From: Promethearchaeota archaeon | GTDB lineage: Archaea; Asgardarchaeota; Thorarchaeia; Thorarchaeales; Thorarchaeaceae | Direction: 5' to 3' | NCBI GenBank assembly: GCA_014728035.1 | Contig: WJMJ01000036.1 | Coordinates: forward strand, 1 to 12,688 | DNA: 12,688 nt | Shown: one piece after another, positions 8,619 to 12,688 of the stretch | Layout: the number at the start of each line of letters is the position of its first letter | How positions within the stretch are numbered: position 1 is the stretch's first letter | Notes under the pieces: model-generated | Told to the model about the DNA's origin: nothing | Database searches by the model: none | Seen by the model: only the letters and a program-made list of their open reading frames with translations | Made by a program: the position numbers and the translations under genes

Positions 8619-8801
8619 TTCCACAATAAGTTTAACCAGCATATGACCAACAAATCACATATTCATTTATATCCCCTATAGCTGAAGAGAACATACTGTC
8701 ATTCGTGTAATAAGGTACTATGATACATAGAATACTTATTATTGGGAATGTAGTATTCCTAACAGGAAAAGAATAAGGTGAAATACGGGCAGGCATAGGC
8801 T

Positions 8802-9164
8802 ATGGCAACGATTTTCATTATCGACGACGAGGCAATTCTTCACAGGCTATACAAGGATGTTTTTGCTATCAAAGGCCATGAAGTTGTAGCTGACGCCTAT
8901 GATGGGGAAGAAGCAATCAAGAAATATATGGAGCTTGAACCTAAACCTGAAGTCATTATTTTAGACCACAGAATGCCTTACAAAGACGGTCTCGAAGCGA
9001 TGAAAGAAATCCTCGCTATTGAGCCAAACGCCAGAATTGTCTTCATTAGTGCAGATGCTAATGTAAGAGAAGAAGCAATGAAAAATGGAGCAGTAAGTTT
9101 TGGTTTGAAACCGGTTACAATTAGACACATGTTAGATCTGGTTGAAAATGCAAGTCAGCCATAG
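8802..9164 (+). CDS. Single-domain response regulator (CheY-like receiver), canonical active site
   Basis: IIDDE acidic pocket, ILDHRMPYKDG phosphoacceptor Asp, FISA switch Ser, and KP. No output domain. Confidence 0.95.
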   Translation: MATIFIIDDEAILHRLYKDVFAIKGHEVVADAYDGEEAIKKYMELEPKPEVIILDHRMPYKDGLEAMKEILAIEPNARIVFISADANVREEAMKNGAVSFGLKPVTIRHMLDLVENASQP

Positions 9165-9225
9165 ATAGTGGTTTATCACCATATATTATGAAATCCGAAT
9201 GAGTTTGGTGGATGTGACCTGAAAT

Positions 9226-9606
9226 TTGAGCACCAGCTATTCTTCATCATCAGTAATCATAGCAGGTGATGTTCCGTTTCTCAGAGCATTGTTGAAAATG
9301 GCTATTCAAGATGCAGGTTTTGAAATTTCTGGTGAAGTATCCGATGGTTCTTCATTACTTGAACTCTGTGCAACTAAAAATCCAGATATTGTTGTTATGG
9401 ATTTGGAATTGCCCGTCGATGAAGCTATCCGGTTAATTGAAAGCATCCTGGATATTAATTCTCGAGTATCCATTGTTGCAATTTCTGACGTTGCCAGCGG
9501 TCTCAGTGAGATTGCATTTGCTGTTGGAGCTCGAGGCTTCTTACAGAAACCCTTCACAATTCATGACCTAATTGATATGATTAAAAAAGTAACTCCAGTC
9601 TATTAA
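9226..9606 (+). CDS. Single-domain CheY-like receiver with partly degenerate active site
   Basis: IIAGDV in place of IVDD; VVMDLELP keeps the phosphoacceptor Asp; AISD; FLQKPF. TTG start. Confidence 0.9.
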   Translation: MSTSYSSSSVIIAGDVPFLRALLKMAIQDAGFEISGEVSDGSSLLELCATKNPDIVVMDLELPVDEAIRLIESILDINSRVSIVAISDVASGLSEIAFAVGARGFLQKPFTIHDLIDMIKKVTPVY

Positions 9607-10370
9607 TCAGGTAATCTCGCATCAGGAAATACAATAATACCCGAGTCATTTATTTTGAACATAACAGGCCTCATACTATGATTAGCTCCTCTCAACTTGA
9701 TGACTCTCAATGTTCTGATGTAATCCCCTGCCGTATACAGTGTACCCAAACGGATAACTCCATCACATATGAAATACGGCATTTCATCATTTTGAGTGCC
9801 TGACATAGTACGCAGCTCGTGTGTAATTAGTACTGTTGCGTCTTTAGCTGACAATTCTCTTAGGAAACCATAGACCATTTGTCTCATTTCGAATCTGTTT
9901 GTTCCTAATTCTATTAGCGGTCCTAATCCATCTATGATTAACCTTTTTGCTTTATTTTCTCCAGCCTTTCTTCTGACTAAATCTGCTAACCGCTGTACTG
10001 TAAAAGGTTGCTCACGCAGCATAGGATGGTCAAAAGCAATGATATATTCAAATCCACTTTCTCGTGGAATCAGTCGTAAATCTCCACTTAGAATGATAAG
10101 TCTATTTTCATTGAGCGCAGGTTCCGGATCCCAGCCAAAACTTTTCATATCCTCGATTATCATTTCTGTTTTTTGGTCAAGTGACAGAAGGATTGCATTC
10201 TCGCCGTTTTCTAGTCCTTGAAATATGAAATGCCAAGTTAGGATACTCTTTCCAGTACCAGGACCACCAGCGAGTAAAATGGACCTTCCAGAAACATATC
10301 CTCCACCAAGTAGCTTGTCTAAACCTTCGACTCCACTACTGATTCTTTCTTTCTCCACTTCAAGCACCAA
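9603..10370 (-). CDS. Single-domain KaiC/RAD55-family (RecA superfamily) ATPase
   Basis: RISSGVEGLDKLLGGG, Walker A GGPGTGKS (10245-10268), Walker B LIIDGL, 'CDGVIRL', and 'RTLRVIKLRG' with the K-x-R finger, ending 'FKINDSGIIVFP'. Confidence 0.95.
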   Translation of the reverse strand: MVLEVEKERISSGVEGLDKLLGGGYVSGRSILLAGGPGTGKSILTWHFIFQGLENGENAILLSLDQKTEMIIEDMKSFGWDPEPALNENRLIILSGDLRLIPRESGFEYIIAFDHPMLREQPFTVQRLADLVRRKAGENKAKRLIIDGLGPLIELGTNRFEMRQMVYGFLRELSAKDATVLITHELRTMSGTQNDEMPYFICDGVIRLGTLYTAGDYIRTLRVIKLRGANHSMRPVMFKINDSGIIVFPDARLPD

Positions 10371-10483
10371 ATGGATACTACTTAAGATATGATTTAACTT
10401 TTGTCAGGATATGTCTACTGAAGAAAACGGATACATTCACCATTCATTTTTCAATAAGAACGACAATTTTTATGCGGAGAGTC

Positions 10484-10504
10484 CTTCTAGAAGCTTTTTA
10501 GAAG
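10484..10504. promoter_or_regulatory. Dyad element overlapping a TATA-like TTTTTA in the divergent KaiC/TPR intergenic region
   Basis: CTTCTA-GAAGCTTTT-TAGAAG (6-bp arms), about 55 nt upstream of the TPR start. GGTGA ribosome-binding site at 10543-10547. Confidence 0.3.
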
Positions 10505-10557
10505 TGATAGTAGAACTGCACCTTGTAACACAATAAACCGACGGTGAAAAAGTAACT

Positions 10558-12141
10558 TTGCAAAGCGACCCAATAATCCCAGAGTTTGCTATGTATTCAG
10601 GAGATTTAGATAAGAAAGAGATTGAGGAGCTGAATCTGCGTCTTGCTCAAGAAAAACGCAGCTCAAAGAATCGTTTCCTCATTTTCACTGATTTGCTATT
10701 AGATTTCATTGGGTCCGGAGAATGGAAAAATCATTCTGATGCCTTTATAGCTATGTGCGCAAAAGCTGCATTTTTACGAGGCAAATATGGATACAATCAG
10801 ATTCTTGCGAAAGAAACAACCAATATCACGTGTAATGGCTACGCAGCTGCCGCATACTGTAGACAGAGTTTAGACCCGAGATGGATAAACAATCTTAGAA
10901 ACTATGTAAATCAAGCTTGGCAATCCAGTGATTATATTGCATTCGCAGAGTTATCTGGGCAATTAGCAGCAGTTTTAATTGACCTTGGATATGCAGACCA
11001 TTCAAAGGAAGTTGCAGAGGAGAGCATCGAACGCGTTACGAAAGCTACGACGCACAATCCTGAAATTCGCAAAAAGATTCAACTTGCTCTTCTTCGTCCA
11101 CGGATAATACTGGCTTATATTGCATCTACATCTGAATTACGAGATGAGGCTATGATACGTCTAGATGCTGCTGAGGATGCATCAGAAATACTAGATCATC
11201 AGCTTGCACTTGTTGATGTAGAATATTTTCGAGCAAGGGTTATGCATGACTTCAGAGAAATCGATAGAGCATTGGATATTCTGACTTCTGCTATCCGAAA
11301 GTATGAAAGAATGGACTATCTTCTAGGAGTTGCAAGAGCTAGAAATCTCAGGGGTGTTATTTATCTAGGAAAAGGACTTCTCCAAGAGGCAAGAGATCAA
11401 TTTGAAGAATTGCTAATAATTCAACAACAACTTAACTACCAAGTTGGATTAGCTTCTACTCTGATAAATGTAGGAGAAATTGACCGTGCACTAGGCCAGC
11501 TTGAACAGATGGAAACTTACAACCAACGTGCATTAGAAATTAGTCAAGAAGCAGAATTTGTTAAAGGGATTGCATTGTCAAATTCTAATCTCGGAGATGT
11601 TGAATTACGTAGAGGCAACATCGAAGAAGCTTTGAAAAGGTATATGAAGTCAATAAAAATTGTGGAAGACTCGGGGATGAAAGAGCTCCTCAGGTTGTTT
11701 TGTTTTCTAGCTGGTGATGCATACTATGCAACCCAAAAGTATGACAAGGCACTCGAGATGTATAAACGTGGAAGAAAAGCTGCTGTAGAAACCGGTGATG
11801 ATCTTATTGCATTCCATGCTGATGTGAGCGAATTAGTTCTTTCTTGGACTAGTGATAATCCAGAAGACAAAGATGTTCTTAACCGTGTTCGAGACCTCAT
11901 GGATTCTAAAGATGAATTTCTAGAAAGTACCTCAAGCGAACCAATGATAGAATTACGTAGACGAATCCATCAAGATGACTCACTCGAAAGCAGTCATTGT
12001 GTACTATTTGATATTGAGAAGAATTATGAGTGTCGAGCTGATAGAGACTCTCTCAAAAAGGAATGTTTTGGTAATTTATTCTGGAAGGGTGTATTATGCT
12101 CTTACTTTGTAACCTTCTTGAACCGATTATACCCCGATTGA
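10558..12141 (+). CDS. Tetratricopeptide repeat protein (40-aa-period, TPR_12/MalT-like) with a Cys-rich C-terminal module
   Basis: Conserved TPR Gly codons at 11353, 11473, 11593 and 11713 (120-nt period), e.g. LASTLINVGEIDRALG and IALSNSNLGDVELRRGNIEEALKRY. TTG start with GGTGA upstream. Confidence 0.9.
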   Translation: MQSDPIIPEFAMYSGDLDKKEIEELNLRLAQEKRSSKNRFLIFTDLLLDFIGSGEWKNHSDAFIAMCAKAAFLRGKYGYNQILAKETTNITCNGYAAAAYCRQSLDPRWINNLRNYVNQAWQSSDYIAFAELSGQLAAVLIDLGYADHSKEVAEESIERVTKATTHNPEIRKKIQLALLRPRIILAYIASTSELRDEAMIRLDAAEDASEILDHQLALVDVEYFRARVMHDFREIDRALDILTSAIRKYERMDYLLGVARARNLRGVIYLGKGLLQEARDQFEELLIIQQQLNYQVGLASTLINVGEIDRALGQLEQMETYNQRALEISQEAEFVKGIALSNSNLGDVELRRGNIEEALKRYMKSIKIVEDSGMKELLRLFCFLAGDAYYATQKYDKALEMYKRGRKAAVETGDDLIAFHADVSELVLSWTSDNPEDKDVLNRVRDLMDSKDEFLESTSSEPMIELRRRIHQDDSLESSHCVLFDIEKNYECRADRDSLKKECFGNLFWKGVLCSYFVTFLNRLYPD

Positions 12142-12153
12142 TAAATACTGCTA

Positions 12154-12159
12154 TTTTTT
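12154..12159 (+). terminator. Oligo-T tract, possible archaeal terminator of the TPR gene
   Basis: TTTTTT begins 13 nt after the stop codon. Confidence 0.3.
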
Positions 12160-12261
12160 GAGATTTTCGCAAAATGACATTAAGAATGTTGAGAACGCCA
12201 CACTTATCTTTATTAACATGAGATTTGTTTCTATATTTGAAATGCCAAGGGGATTTCTATA

Positions 12262-12688
12262 ATGTGTCCTTACCGATCCATACCTCCCAACATTGGGCAA
12301 GCTCTCGATTCAGAGTCCGGGTATATTTTTGTGGTATCGGGTAAACCTGGTACTGGTAAGTCATTATTTGTTCAAGAAATTTTCCGTAATGTCCAAGATG
12401 CCTTCATGGTTCTTACAAATACTGAAACTCCCGTTACATTCAATGATGAATTTGAAACAACAGACCATTGGAAAAATCGTCACACCTATGCCAATTTTTG
12501 GCGAAATGTTTTTGACGAGTTCGATTATGATGTTCCATTGATTGAACAATTGGAAAAACTTGTGGGACACGAATCTACCAATTTAGGCTCTCAACACATC
12601 ATTATTGACTCATGGAGTGATTTTCTCGAGCCATTTCCAGACCAAAAACGAAAGAAAATTGAGCAATCCCTTATTTATGCAGCTAGAA
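12262..12688 (+). CDS. GvpD-like / KaiC-related P-loop ATPase (3' partial); not in the supplied ORF track
   Basis: Manual translation: MCPYRSIPPNIGQALDSESGYIFVVSGKPGTGKSLFVQEIFRNVQDAFMVLTNTET...SQHIIIDSWSDFLEPFPDQKRKKIEQSLIYAAR. Walker A GKPGTGKS, Walker B IIIDSW; the 'IP..I...L....G' start and 'DSW' are typical of GvpD P-loop domains. An in-frame TGA at 12238 fixes the start. Confidence 0.85.
   Translation, partial: MCPYRSIPPNIGQALDSESGYIFVVSGKPGTGKSLFVQEIFRNVQDAFMVLTNTETPVTFNDEFETTDHWKNRHTYANFWRNVFDEFDYDVPLIEQLEKLVGHESTNLGSQHIIIDSWSDFLEPFPDQKRKKIEQSLIYAAR

Noticed and set aside
9306-10221. ORFs 9306-9557 (-) and 9934-10221 (+)
   Set aside because: Antisense shadows of the receiver and KaiC-like genes.
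9603-10370. Naming as circadian kaiC, arlH/flaH or radB
   Set aside because: Single domain, no phosphosites, and no kaiB or archaellum neighbours; only a family-level call is supportable.
10484-10504. Eukaryotic heat-shock-element-like TTCnnGAAnnTT pattern
   Set aside because: Short and imperfect, with no evidence for an HSF-like factor; kept only as a generic dyad.
12293-12570. ORFs 12293-12541 (+) and 12364-12570 (-)
   Set aside because: Out-of-frame or antisense overlaps of the P-loop ATPase starting at 12262.

Overview
Archaeal-looking window. The protein families, GGTGA ribosome-binding sites and TTG/GTG starts are most compatible with an Asgard/Thorarchaeia-type genome; this is inference and was not searched. 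The left two-thirds is an accessory block of repeat proteins. It contains a cytoplasmic leucine-rich-repeat (LRR) gene missed by the ORF track (minus strand, 604 to the window edge) whose 75-bp units are near-identical mosaics of each other, a 1227-aa membrane-anchored parallel beta-helix protein with five Ig-like domains, a second, diverged LRR paralog with an uncharacterised C-terminal domain, and two smaller membrane-anchored proteins. The right third is a compact signalling cluster: two stand-alone CheY-like receivers (one canonical, one partly degenerate), a single-domain KaiC/RAD55-type ATPase with EE changed to DQ, a divergent TPR protein ending in C-x10-C-x10-C-x10-C, and the start of a GvpD-like P-loop ATPase, also missed by the ORF track. 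No histidine kinase, RNA gene, CRISPR array or mobile element is evident. The best candidates for undescribed systems are the recombinationally shuffled LRR receptor family and the receiver/KaiC/TPR/GvpD module.
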